From NCBI GenBank assembly GCA_029838195.1, contig JALGVJ010000002.1, positions 133,893 through 197,892 of the forward strand: a stretch of 64,000 nt of DNA, written 5' to 3'. Shown here one piece after another: positions 39,087 through 49,171 of the stretch. Each line of letters starts with the position of its first letter. Position 1 is the stretch's first letter. Both the position numbers and the translations under genes were made by a program. Source of the DNA: Promethearchaeota archaeon (lineage in GTDB: Archaea; Asgardarchaeota; Lokiarchaeia; Sigyniarchaeales; SOKP01). A model generated the notes under the pieces. That model was not told the origin of the DNA and searched no databases. It worked only from the letters and a program-made list of their open reading frames with translations.

Positions 39087-42000
39087 TTATTGTTTATACT
39101 TGCGGTAGAAATAAATGAAAAGTATCAACCCCACTACTGCCGCCGTTATAATAAAGATTATGATAAGTATTAAGATTAAATTTTCCAAGAGAGTGGATTC
39201 TTCCGGCCCCGTGATATCAATGGTTAAAATTATTAGGAAACTGTCATATCCACCCTCTCCATCAAGGACAGAAATGTACAATAATGCTACAATATTTCCA
39301 TTATTTTGATAAGTGGTTTCGGTAGAGATCCATTTTTTTCCGTCTATAGTGTCATATAACATTTTTTCCGGGACGGTAAAATTTCCTTCATGAGAATCAG
39401 TCGTTAAATTGAATGTTAGTTCAAAAGATTCCATGGATTTTATTTTTGGATAAATAAAAACTAAATATCCATCTTCCGTGATGATGCAATTAAATAAATT
39501 AACAAGAACCCGCATTTCTTTCTGCTTTTCCTCATAAGCAACTGTTTCATTCACGTCAATCTGGAATTGAATGTTCGTTCCATTAGTTACCGAATAAATA
39601 TTGATGGAATCGTCGTTCATAGTTTCATTAAAAAAGATGGGTGCGGAATTACCAATTCTAAATGTAGAATTGCATTCTATCAGATTAGGATTGTTGTTTA
39701 TTAACCAGAAATAATCACGAGGCGAATAAGGATTAATGAGACTTGAGGTGATATTTTTAGGAATGATATAAAAAAAGGCGTATCCCGAAGGATCATTGAA
39801 AGAAGGATCGAATCTCACGTTGTAATCCGTGTCAATGGGGTTTAATTCAAGAGTTTTATTGACGGTTAGTTTCTCATTAAAGAATGAGTAAGAATAAATG
39901 GATAAAAATGCTGAAACGTTATAATTTGCTTGATCTAATCCCGTAGAAATATATATATAATCTTTTTTCGCTCGGGTAATGTTATCTTTATTAGCTCCTA
40001 ATGAAAGGATTCTTGGCATCATGTACTCCTTATAATATAAGAGTTCCGTTGTTTTCTCAAAAACGTGAGAATTATGTGTAAGATTGACTTTTATCGTATA
40101 AGGCGTGTTACTGACAAATGGGAGCTTATATGTATCATTTATCGCAATCCCGTGAGAACTTGAAGTGAAAAGAATTTTTTCTTCAAACCCTCCATTCATG
40201 ATTGTAATATTTAGAGAATTTAAAATAGTAGTATTTTGTAGTGGCCTATCTGTAGTTTGGTCTTTAATGTATACGGAAATGTTTAATCGTGGTTGAGTGG
40301 TTCTTTCAGAGGGTAAATTAACTGATAAAGATATGTCTTCTTTTTTTAATAAATATTCTAAAACATTCTCCAATAACTTTTCATGCTCGACTGAGTAATC
40401 GGGATCTTGAAAATCTTCGTATAACCAATGCATATCTCCAAAGGCCACGAATTTACCTTTATTTTGAGCTGTTTGATTATATATTGTAGCCACCGTGAGG
40501 CCATTTTTAGTAGCAATGGACTGATTTTCATAAGTATCAAACGCATTTCCATAAAACCAGGAAAATTCGCTAACGTTATCAAATATAATTGGAGAATCTA
40601 ATTCTATAATTGGCTGTGGATCAATAGAAGCGCCCAATCCTACTAATGTCACGTCTATGAGATTTTCTGAAGCTATTTCGATGCCCAAATTCAATTTTGA
40701 AAACAAATAATTGATATTATCCACGCATAAGTCTTGATAACGCGTGCCCAAGAAAAGGATGCTTCCTCCTTGATTAAAATAATTTTTTAGATTTTCTATT
40801 TCTAAGGGGCTATACGGCAAAATGGGTGTTTGAAGAATGATTAAATCATATTGAGAAAGCCGTTCTTGGGTTAAAATAGAATTATTCACGTCCGGGTTGT
40901 AATTGGGTGACCAATACTCCATTTGATAATCTATGAAAATATTTTTTAAAGACATGTATTTCATCGCATCATAAAAACCCATTTGATAAAACGATACCGC
41001 GGGATACCAGTCATTTAATCCATGATAAGAATCCATGAGAATTTTATATTCGGGTAATCTTATCTCTAAAGTGACGGATGCCGTATCATAAGTCACGGAA
41101 CCTGAGGGATTGGTTAATTTTATTTGAAAATTCCGAATACCTGGTTTTGCATCATCATTAATCTTAATTTTTAAAGTAAAAAATTGAGTACCGGCATCAG
41201 AAAAACTCAAGCTATTGGAATCGACAGATAAGGTTATTCCTTCCACACCGGAAGGTAAGCTAATATTATAACTATTTTTCCCACCAGAAATAGTGGTAAG
41301 CCTTAGTTCTTGATAATCTCCTGGAAAATAGATCAAATCATGAGGAGGAAACGGTAATTCATTAGGATAAATTATTGCAGTGTTGTTCATATTAGATTTC
41401 TTATTCTTTAAATTCTCTAAAAACTTGAGGGATTCGGAAACATTAATGATACCCGCACCAGTTTTTAAAAATTCATCGGAATCTTCATTTGGTAAATCAT
41501 ACGATCCTTCAATAAGCGCAATTCGGGCCGTTTCTGGTGTAATATACGGATATGCTTCTTTTAAAATCGCTAATGCACCACTCACCATGGGACAGGACAT
41601 GCTCGTGCCGCTTAAGGGAATGTAGTCTGCATCCGCTATAAAATCAAAATAGTCTCCAATAAACCTCTTTTCACTCGAAATCACTGAACCCAGGGCTTCT
41701 GTAGAAATAATATTTGCACCGGGCGCTAAAATGTCGGGATATCCCAAATATTCAAAAGTAGGCCCCCAGCTACTAAAAGAAGCCACATTATCGTGATTAT
41801 CAGTAGCTCCCACGGCAATGACATCTTTACCCGCAGCAGGCGTGGAACCCGTGAAATAGCCTGGCCCGCTATTCCCAGCGGAGGCAACACATATTACGCC
41901 CTGATCTACTGCTTCCGAAAGTGCCTCTGTCATGGGATCATCAGGATCGGGATATCCACCTCCAAAACTCATGGAAATAATATCTGCTCCTGCTCCCCCT

Positions 42001-42911
42001 TCTTCTTCACTTTCAGCGCACCATTCGATGGCAGATATGACATCTCCCGTGGAAATCGCCCCAATGGAATCTCCAACTCTTGCATTTATTAATTCCACGC
42101 CCGGAGCAACACCAGCATACTTGCCATCAGAACCTCCTCCATCACTTCCTATTATCCCTGCCACGTGAGTTCCATGACCATTTAAATCTTCCGTTGTTGC
42201 TTCTCCTGTAACAAAATTTCTTGATTCCACGATCGTTAAATCGGGATGTTCATAAATTCCTGAATCTAATACCGCTACTCTCACGCCTTCGCCATCATAA
42301 TCAAGATTTCTTGCGCCAATTGTTCCTAACCACCAATTCCCAAAGTCTGTAGAATTCAAACTGGCAAGTTCTAAAGAATTATCTGTAATTACCGGAAACG
42401 TGTAGGTTCTCTCTTTATATATTTTTTTAATGGAAGCCATATTTTCCACAGTAGATATGGAGGATATTAAACTTGCCGGTGAACAATATAAATTCACCGC
42501 ATTAATTATATCATAATTTCTAATAATCTGAACATTGGATAAGAATGAGTTGATTATATTTATTCGCTTGAATTTCTCTACTTCTTCTTCAAAAGTAATA
42601 ATAATTCTTATTTTTTCTTCTAACCCTTCATTTTTTTCGAGTTTTTCCCCTAAATATTCATTTAAACTATCATCAAATTTAGAACACTTTAATTTCATTT
42701 CAGAATCTATATTCTCTTGATACATGCTATAATAATCCATGCTATTGATGGTATCTTTATCAATCATGCCCATACTCCAATGTATATCATCGGAATCACT
42801 TTTCGAATGATTATTAATGGATAGAGAAAACGGAGTAAAAATCGTAGGAAGAAGTATCCCGCTACAGAAAAATAAAAAAATGAGAATCAAACCAGACTTT
42901 TTGGTTTTCAT
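39087..42911 (-). CDS. Membrane-anchored S8 subtilase with site-1-protease-like accessory domains
   Basis: Signal/TM, propeptide, triad VLDSG / HGTHVAG / GTSMS, oxyanion AGN; later glutamine-amidotransferase-like (GIFT-type) domain; C-terminal TM followed by RKYK. Confidence 0.9.
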   Translation of the reverse strand: MKTKKSGLILIFLFFCSGILLPTIFTPFSLSINNHSKSDSDDIHWSMGMIDKDTINSMDYYSMYQENIDSEMKLKCSKFDDSLNEYLGEKLEKNEGLEEKIRIIITFEEEVEKFKRINIINSFLSNVQIIRNYDIINAVNLYCSPASLISSISTVENMASIKKIYKERTYTFPVITDNSLELASLNSTDFGNWWLGTIGARNLDYDGEGVRVAVLDSGIYEHPDLTIVESRNFVTGEATTEDLNGHGTHVAGIIGSDGGGSDGKYAGVAPGVELINARVGDSIGAISTGDVISAIEWCAESEEEGGAGADIISMSFGGGYPDPDDPMTEALSEAVDQGVICVASAGNSGPGYFTGSTPAAGKDVIAVGATDNHDNVASFSSWGPTFEYLGYPDILAPGANIISTEALGSVISSEKRFIGDYFDFIADADYIPLSGTSMSCPMVSGALAILKEAYPYITPETARIALIEGSYDLPNEDSDEFLKTGAGIINVSESLKFLENLKNKKSNMNNTAIIYPNELPFPPHDLIYFPGDYQELRLTTISGGKNSYNISLPSGVEGITLSVDSNSLSFSDAGTQFFTLKIKINDDAKPGIRNFQIKLTNPSGSVTYDTASVTLEIRLPEYKILMDSYHGLNDWYPAVSFYQMGFYDAMKYMSLKNIFIDYQMEYWSPNYNPDVNNSILTQERLSQYDLIILQTPILPYSPLEIENLKNYFNQGGSILFLGTRYQDLCVDNINYLFSKLNLGIEIASENLIDVTLVGLGASIDPQPIIELDSPIIFDNVSEFSWFYGNAFDTYENQSIATKNGLTVATIYNQTAQNKGKFVAFGDMHWLYEDFQDPDYSVEHEKLLENVLEYLLKKEDISLSVNLPSERTTQPRLNISVYIKDQTTDRPLQNTTILNSLNITIMNGGFEEKILFTSSSHGIAINDTYKLPFVSNTPYTIKVNLTHNSHVFEKTTELLYYKEYMMPRILSLGANKDNITRAKKDYIYISTGLDQANYNVSAFLSIYSYSFFNEKLTVNKTLELNPIDTDYNVRFDPSFNDPSGYAFFYIIPKNITSSLINPYSPRDYFWLINNNPNLIECNSTFRIGNSAPIFFNETMNDDSINIYSVTNGTNIQFQIDVNETVAYEEKQKEMRVLVNLFNCIITEDGYLVFIYPKIKSMESFELTFNLTTDSHEGNFTVPEKMLYDTIDGKKWISTETTYQNNGNIVALLYISVLDGEGGYDSFLIILTIDITGPEESTLLENLILILIIIFIITAAVVGLILFIYFYRKYKQ

Positions 42912-42981
42912 AATGATAATAAGAAGATCTTTACGGTAATAAACTATATATTAATATGGTTTAATTTAAATAAATACTCTT

Positions 42982-43139
42982 CTCTAACTATAAATTTGGA
43001 CAAATTGTCCTATCATCCCGTCGTTAGAGGAAACGGGAAAGGTGAATGATGCATCACGACGGCGGCGAGAGGCCACCGCATGCGAGATGAGCTTGAAGTA
43101 ATAACGCCGAGAGGCGGGCGGAATTCGAGTGCCGCGTGA
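42982..43139. repeat. GC-rich dispersed repeat, copy 1 (candidate ncRNA or non-autonomous mobile element)
   Basis: About 90% identical in its core to 63756-63932; far more GC-rich than its surroundings; several hairpins. Confidence 0.85.
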
Positions 43140-43339
43140 TCATGAAAGACAATAAAAAAACCACACTATTTTTGTGTTCATCTCTAATTTTATCCAAAAT
43201 TGTTTTGACTAGTCGATGACTGTCTGAAAAACAAAATTTTTTTAGAAATCATGTATTTTGTATGTACAATAATAAGTTAATGAAAAAGTTTATTCCTAAT
43301 TTCGAAAACCTCATATAATATTTGTCAAGATATTTGAAT

Positions 43340-43411
43340 GGGGCTGTAGATTAGTGGAAAATCGCTTGCTTGGCATGCAAGAGACCGGGGGTTCAATTCC
43401 CCCCAGCTCCA
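43340..43411 (+). tRNA. tRNA-Ala(GGC), intronless, CCA not encoded
   Basis: Acceptor GGGGCTG/CAGCTCC with G3:U70; anticodon arm CTTGC-TTGGCAT-GCAAG; T-loop GTTCAATTC. Confidence 0.96.
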
Positions 43412-43663
43412 TAATTTTTTCTGATATTTAAGAGATTTATCATAAAATATAATAAGAGTAAATTTTCTTTTTTCATGGCCAATTTTTATTCAAGCAGGTA
43501 CCCATTATATTAAATGTAAGGGATGAAAATCATATTTATATGTCAAGGTCATCATTATTATCTAAAAATGAATTGTTATAGCTTATATTAACTAATTAAA
43601 AAACCCTAGTTATTAAAAATTTTAATAAGTGATTTGATATATAAATGCATAAAAGAGTAATTA

Positions 43664-45928
43664 GTGAGAAGGATTATTCCATTCACGAAGATTTCAAGGA
43701 GGGATTTAGTACCGATAATATTGGTCCTCATTTTAATGTTCATTAGCATAGCATGTCAGAACATGCTAATTCCTTCATATTCTGTTATTCGTGAAGAGTT
43801 TAACATCCCCGAGGCATATGTTGCGTTACCCGACGCGTTATTTGTCCTAATTAGTGCGTTTTTTGCTTTATTATGGGGATATTATACGGATAAAATTAAC
43901 AGAACGAAAGTCATATTAGCAGGGGCATTATCTTGGACAATTGGAATGCTTTTAAGCGCGTTTAGCACGTCATATATCATATTAATGCTGTCAAGAGCAA
44001 TTAGTGGTTCGGGATTGGGTTGTGTTGTTCCCGTGGGATATTCTATCATTTCGGACGCTGTTCCTCCCGAAGAGCGTTCTAGTTGGTTTGGCATGTTAGC
44101 GATATTGAGTTCAATTTCAAATGGAATTGGTCAAGGGTTATCATCATTTTTAGGACCAATCTATAGTTGGAGATTTCCCTTTTTATTGTTAGCTGGTATT
44201 AGCATTTTTGTAATCATTCTATTGTTTTTTGTAAAAATTCCCCAGAGAGGCGCTAGTGAGGATGAATTAATCGATTTAACGGAATTAAATTTAGAGTATC
44301 GCTATAGGATCTCGAAAAAAGATCTTAAAGAGATCTTGAAAAAAAAGACCAATCGATTTTTGATGATTCAGGGATTTTTTGCGATCATTCCGGGCACAAT
44401 TTTAATATTTTTCATGGTTTCGATGCTAACCTCTTATTTTTTTGCAGAATTGCCGGCAGAGATCAGATTACAAACGGCGTCTATTTTTGGAGGCATGGTA
44501 GGTATTGGTTATTTACTGGGAAATGCGCTTCTTTCAAAAATAGGAGATTTCCTATACAAGAGAAATAAAGTATATCGGGCAAGATTTGCAACAATTTGCA
44601 TGTTCATCACCGTACCTTTATGCGTTTTGATGTTATTTTCGATCAAACCGATTAGTACTGAATTTGTAACAAGCATGAATTATCCAAACCATATTCCAAC
44701 GAGCGATTTAATGTATTACATTATAATTACTATAAGAGAGATCTTTATTGCATATCCAATTTACAAATTTTATTTTTTGTTCGCTTTTCTTGGTTCGTTT
44801 TTTAGCACGGGGTGGGTATCAAATAAAGCGGCAGTAATGATTGACGTGAATTTACCTGAGCATAAAGGAACGGTGACTTCCTTTTTTAATTTATCGGAAC
44901 AAATTGGAAAGGGGGTGACGTTATTAATTTCTTTCACCTTAATAACATTATTAGGAACGACATTCAACATGATGCTTTTTGCTATTTTCTTGTGGATTCC
45001 CGCGGGTATTTTATGGTTATTTGCCAGCATGAGCGTGAAGGAAGATATTAAAGTAAAATCACAAATATTAGCAGAAAGAAATCAAAATACTATCATTGAT
45101 TATATTTTTGAGCTGGAAATTCAAATGGATCGAGCCATTCAAAAAGTTCATGATGCCAAGTATTATATTGAGAAGGATAAGAAGAAATTTAATCGATTGT
45201 TGAAAGATGCCATTCGAATTTTTGAATTTTGCGAAGTGGAAGGTGTTTCAAGAAGCATTACCAATATAGAAAATAAGGCTCATATTTTGAAATTAAAGAC
45301 CATTATGATTCGACAAGATGCGAAAAAAATATTTCGGGCATTAAAAAAAGAACATATCACGTCAGAAGAACTGATCCGACTTAAAAATGATTTAGAACGA
45401 ATACAAATGAAAATTGGCGAATTTGAAAAAAGTACTTTTATGGAAATTCAAACATACTATGAAGTGGCTTATCTAAAAATCGTGGAAGCACGATTATTGC
45501 GAAAAACAGATATTTTAAAGAGTCTTGAAAAGATTAATGAGGCTATAAACGCATTTTATAGAATTAATCGGTTATTAGAAGAGCGCATGGAAAATGTGGA
45601 TCTATCAGAACTCGACCTTGAAGAATTAACTATTTACAAAAAAGAACAAGAACTTCACGATAAAAGCAACACATCATTATTAGCATCCATGAAATTAAAA
45701 GAAGAATACGAATCAATTTTGGTGCAACTTAAAAATAAAGGTATTCACAAGGATGATCTTAAAAAAATTTCCGAATTAGCTACAGAGTATAATGTCGATA
45801 TTCAAACAGTTCTCATGGAAACGTTTGGCTCGGAAAAGAAAGTAATTGCTTCGTTTAAAGAGGTTTTAAATAAAATTGATGAAATTTTCGAACAATATGA
45901 TACATCCTATAATTTTCCCGTTTTTTAA
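43664..45928 (+). CDS. MFS transporter fused to a ~290-aa soluble helical C-terminal domain
   Basis: Motif A (WGYYTDKINR), SIISD..PPEERS, about 12 TM; charged helical tail from about aa 460. Confidence 0.88.
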   Translation: MRRIIPFTKISRRDLVPIILVLILMFISIACQNMLIPSYSVIREEFNIPEAYVALPDALFVLISAFFALLWGYYTDKINRTKVILAGALSWTIGMLLSAFSTSYIILMLSRAISGSGLGCVVPVGYSIISDAVPPEERSSWFGMLAILSSISNGIGQGLSSFLGPIYSWRFPFLLLAGISIFVIILLFFVKIPQRGASEDELIDLTELNLEYRYRISKKDLKEILKKKTNRFLMIQGFFAIIPGTILIFFMVSMLTSYFFAELPAEIRLQTASIFGGMVGIGYLLGNALLSKIGDFLYKRNKVYRARFATICMFITVPLCVLMLFSIKPISTEFVTSMNYPNHIPTSDLMYYIIITIREIFIAYPIYKFYFLFAFLGSFFSTGWVSNKAAVMIDVNLPEHKGTVTSFFNLSEQIGKGVTLLISFTLITLLGTTFNMMLFAIFLWIPAGILWLFASMSVKEDIKVKSQILAERNQNTIIDYIFELEIQMDRAIQKVHDAKYYIEKDKKKFNRLLKDAIRIFEFCEVEGVSRSITNIENKAHILKLKTIMIRQDAKKIFRALKKEHITSEELIRLKNDLERIQMKIGEFEKSTFMEIQTYYEVAYLKIVEARLLRKTDILKSLEKINEAINAFYRINRLLEERMENVDLSELDLEELTIYKKEQELHDKSNTSLLASMKLKEEYESILVQLKNKGIHKDDLKKISELATEYNVDIQTVLMETFGSEKKVIASFKEVLNKIDEIFEQYDTSYNFPVF

Positions 45929-46028
45929 TTTATTATAAAAAAAATTTTCTAATAGAGCTCTCTCAGGTAATTAACCTTTTCTTTAGAAAAAATTAATTGT
46001 ATTTAAGATTAACAATTAAAAAAGAAGT

Positions 46029-46343
46029 TTAATTCAACTTTTTATTATTTATCTCCGCCTTCAATAATTCAAATATTTGTTTCTTTTCTTCTATTGACAA
46101 TTCATTCACGGATTTCCCCATCGCATGATAATGATCGGGGTATTTTATTCCAAAAAATAAATTAATGAGAAGGATTAAACAATTCCTCACTGATAAAATT
46201 TTTTGTTCCTTTTCATAATCTTTTTTATCTATTTTCTCCATTAATTTTACCAAATAACTTCCGGTCCAAATTTCCCTATATAATGGACTATTTGCCTTGC
46301 TCCTATTATAAAAATCTAAAATCGTGTCAATACAATCGTTCAT
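46029..46343 (-). CDS. Hypothetical protein (104 aa)
   Basis: Intact ORF filling the gap between genes. Confidence 0.65.
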   Translation of the reverse strand: MNDCIDTILDFYNRSKANSPLYREIWTGSYLVKLMEKIDKKDYEKEQKILSVRNCLILLINLFFGIKYPDHYHAMGKSVNELSIEEKKQIFELLKAEINNKKLN

Positions 46344-46503
46344 TTAATTCTACTGAAGAGAATAATTTAAATGATATAACATTATAAATTTCTTTCTTTA
46401 GATATTTTTAGGAAAAAAAACCCTTAAGAAAGAAGATAATAATTCAACTATTTATTCTTTTGCTTCTTTATAATTTGAAAATTTTAAAAAGGAGGTTGGA
46501 TTC

Positions 46504-47061
46504 TTATTCAATTTCAAGTTGCTTTATAAAATCATCAATAGACTGTTCGATATCAATTAAATCATCGATATTCTTTATTTCTGAGCTTGCAAGTTTGTTT
46601 AAAAACTCTTTTAAAATTTTTTCCTTCTTTTTATCCGTTGGAAAAAGGAGTGAGGCACGATAATGTTCCCAATCAAGAATATTTGTAAAGATTAAAAACA
46701 ATTTTTCAATATGGCTATACTCAATTAAATTTAGAATCTTTTCTTTTGTAATAATAATTTCTGTTTGATCTTTATAAAAATTGCTCAAATCATTATAATA
46801 ATTGGTAATATAAGCAATATTGTTGAGCTGAGCTTCTAAAGCAGCTCTATTGATGGGACTTTCTTTATCTTTATAAATTATATCAAAATATTTCATGATA
46901 AAATCCTTGAGTTTCTGGAGCTTCGTTTGAAACACGCGCGTTTTGACAATTCGCTCAAACATTGGGCTATTTTTTGCTGTATAGAAATTCAATTCAAATT
47001 TTACGATATCGATAATATCAAAAAACAACTCTCTAATATCAATTTCTTCTTCTACACTCAT
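46504..47061 (-). CDS. Hypothetical helical protein (185 aa)
   Basis: Intact ORF. Confidence 0.7.
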   Translation of the reverse strand: MSVEEEIDIRELFFDIIDIVKFELNFYTAKNSPMFERIVKTRVFQTKLQKLKDFIMKYFDIIYKDKESPINRAALEAQLNNIAYITNYYNDLSNFYKDQTEIIITKEKILNLIEYSHIEKLFLIFTNILDWEHYRASLLFPTDKKKEKILKEFLNKLASSEIKNIDDLIDIEQSIDDFIKQLEIE

Positions 47062-47203
47062 TTTCTATTAGCACTTTACAAGTCTCGATTTACCATAATT
47101 ATATAATATTAATGAAATTATAAAAATTTGATATTAATAATAGAATAGAATTCTTCTTAATATTTTTTATGATTAGTCATAGTAGGCTCATGAATGAAAA
47201 TTT

Positions 47204-47950
47204 TTATTTTTTATCTTTAGAAAGCACCGCCCTTTTGGGGGTACAAATAGAAATGATGTTATCTCCTACCTTGATAAATTTATCAAATCCTAATTTTTCA
47301 AAAAATAATTTCATTGAATGCGGTGTAAACTTCCATTTTGTCCTTTTTTCAAAAGAATTCACGCCATCATTATCAATAAGAAAAAAATCTATTAACTTGA
47401 ATAATGATACAGGTAAGAATTTAAAGATATAGATAAAAAATCTTCCAAGGAAATCATGAGCTTGGATTTCACCGCGGTTAGTAGTGAAAGGCTCACAAAT
47501 GATTACTTTTCTCGCGTGTTGTTTTGCTAAATTAATTAATTTCACGTGGTGAGGCATTATATGATGTAAAATATCACATAATACGATCACATCTCGTTTT
47601 CCTTCCGTATTATTTTTAATTTCAAAAATATTTGAATGTTTTAATATGATTTTTCTAACCTTTATTCGTTTTTTCTTCCAATCCGTTTTGATTTTTTTTA
47701 AGAATTTTTTATTAAGATCCCATCCTTCATAAATCGTTGACGAGTGTAAATAACGGGCTAAAAATCCCGTTCCACATGGAATATCTAACACGTGGATTTT
47801 TCCATTGCCAATATGACGGGCGATAATTGAATATTTTTTTTTCTGATCATATAATCTTTGAGTTAAAAAATTATAAATAATTCCGCTTCTATAGGGCAGA
47901 CTCTTGAATCTTGTAGTAGATGAATTTAACACGCTTGCCATGATCTTCAA
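47204..47950 (-). CDS. Class I SAM-dependent methyltransferase
   Basis: VLDIPCGTG, GWD, DVIVLCDILHH, IICEP. Confidence 0.88.
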   Translation of the reverse strand: MKIMASVLNSSTTRFKSLPYRSGIIYNFLTQRLYDQKKKYSIIARHIGNGKIHVLDIPCGTGFLARYLHSSTIYEGWDLNKKFLKKIKTDWKKKRIKVRKIILKHSNIFEIKNNTEGKRDVIVLCDILHHIMPHHVKLINLAKQHARKVIICEPFTTNRGEIQAHDFLGRFFIYIFKFLPVSLFKLIDFFLIDNDGVNSFEKRTKWKFTPHSMKLFFEKLGFDKFIKVGDNIISICTPKRAVLSKDKK

Positions 47951-48117
47951 CTATATAATTAATTTCGTGAAAGTATTGATGGTAATTAAATAAGTGTCTA
48001 AAGAACATTAATTAAAAAAATATTCCGATTTTAAAATTAAACTTTTTTCAAAAATGGAATTGAAAGAGGAAAAAAAAAGATACCACTTTCTCATATATTA
48101 TTTTTTAAAATCCCTAT

Positions 48118-49059
48118 TCAAGAAATGGATTTTTTATGATCATTCATCATTTTCTGGAAAAGGATCCCAAACACGTGGATTTTTACGATACGATAAAGGC
48201 TTTGAAACATGAACCAATAATTTTGATAAGGCCATTTACGTAAATTTAAAAAGGTATCAAAATATTCACGTGCTCTTTTTTTGGTTCCATGAGACTTTTC
48301 AAGAAGGAGGAAGCGTTTAATAATTCTTTTTAAAGATGGGGTGTCTTTGAAACCATAATAATTTGAAGCTCTTAATGTCCATTTAACGGCTTCTAAAGAA
48401 TATTTAATTGGGTTTAATTCTTTTAAAGGGGATATTAGCAATGCAAATACGGTTAAAAATAAATTCATGACAATGCTTTTCAACAAGTCAAAAATAGGAA
48501 GGGGAATTTGTTCTATAATATCCTTCCTTAAGTCATTACCATATAAAATAATGCTATTATCAATAACACTTCTCAAGACGATATTTTTTGGCGCGAAAAG
48601 ATCAGAAACTACTCGGTTTACTCTAAAAATTTTTGAAAAATTCCTTTCTTCCCAATATTTTTTTTTCGTGAGAAAATGCGAAATGAACATTCCTGTGGTC
48701 TGTTGAATAACTGCAATTATCTTTTTAAAAACCTTAGATCCGTAATCAAATACATTTAAATTATGTTTTAGTTCTAACGCTAAAAAATAACGTTCAATTT
48801 CTTTAAGGTGATGGTCTGAAACGCGATCCTTAAAAATGATTAAAAGATCGCAATCAGAAAAAATAGAATTTTCATTATTTTTAGAACTCTGACTCCCAAA
48901 TACCAAGATAGATAAAATTTTATTGATACCAATTTCTCTATTAATCAAAATTATTATATCGTGAATGTAATTTCTCGCCTTTTCATTTAAAATACCTAAA
49001 TTTGATTTGATAATCTCTTTTATCTGAAGATCATTTTTTACAAGATCAAGTTCTTTCAA
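48118..49059 (-). CDS. Pol-beta-type nucleotidyltransferase-domain protein
   Basis: ILVFGS...SDCDLLII motif plus a helical C-terminal half. Confidence 0.8.
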   Translation of the reverse strand: MKELDLVKNDLQIKEIIKSNLGILNEKARNYIHDIIILINREIGINKILSILVFGSQSSKNNENSIFSDCDLLIIFKDRVSDHHLKEIERYFLALELKHNLNVFDYGSKVFKKIIAVIQQTTGMFISHFLTKKKYWEERNFSKIFRVNRVVSDLFAPKNIVLRSVIDNSIILYGNDLRKDIIEQIPLPIFDLLKSIVMNLFLTVFALLISPLKELNPIKYSLEAVKWTLRASNYYGFKDTPSLKRIIKRFLLLEKSHGTKKRAREYFDTFLNLRKWPYQNYWFMFQSLYRIVKIHVFGILFQKMMNDHKKSIS

Positions 49060-49171
49060 TGCAAAATCCTCAACAATGTCTCATAAGGTTTGATGATCCA
49101 TCGCTTTTCAATATTTTACTAAATTTAAGAAAAAAATTAATTTTTTAATTAGAACGTGAGTCACGTATTGT

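Noticed and set aside
43340-43411. tRNA-Ala as an integration site for an island or provirus.
   Set aside because: I saw no duplicated tRNA 3' end and no integrase in the window.
48118-49059. Nucleotidyltransferase as part of an MNT-HEPN toxin-antitoxin or CBASS system.
   Set aside because: No RxxxxH HEPN partner or CBASS effector is recognisable nearby.
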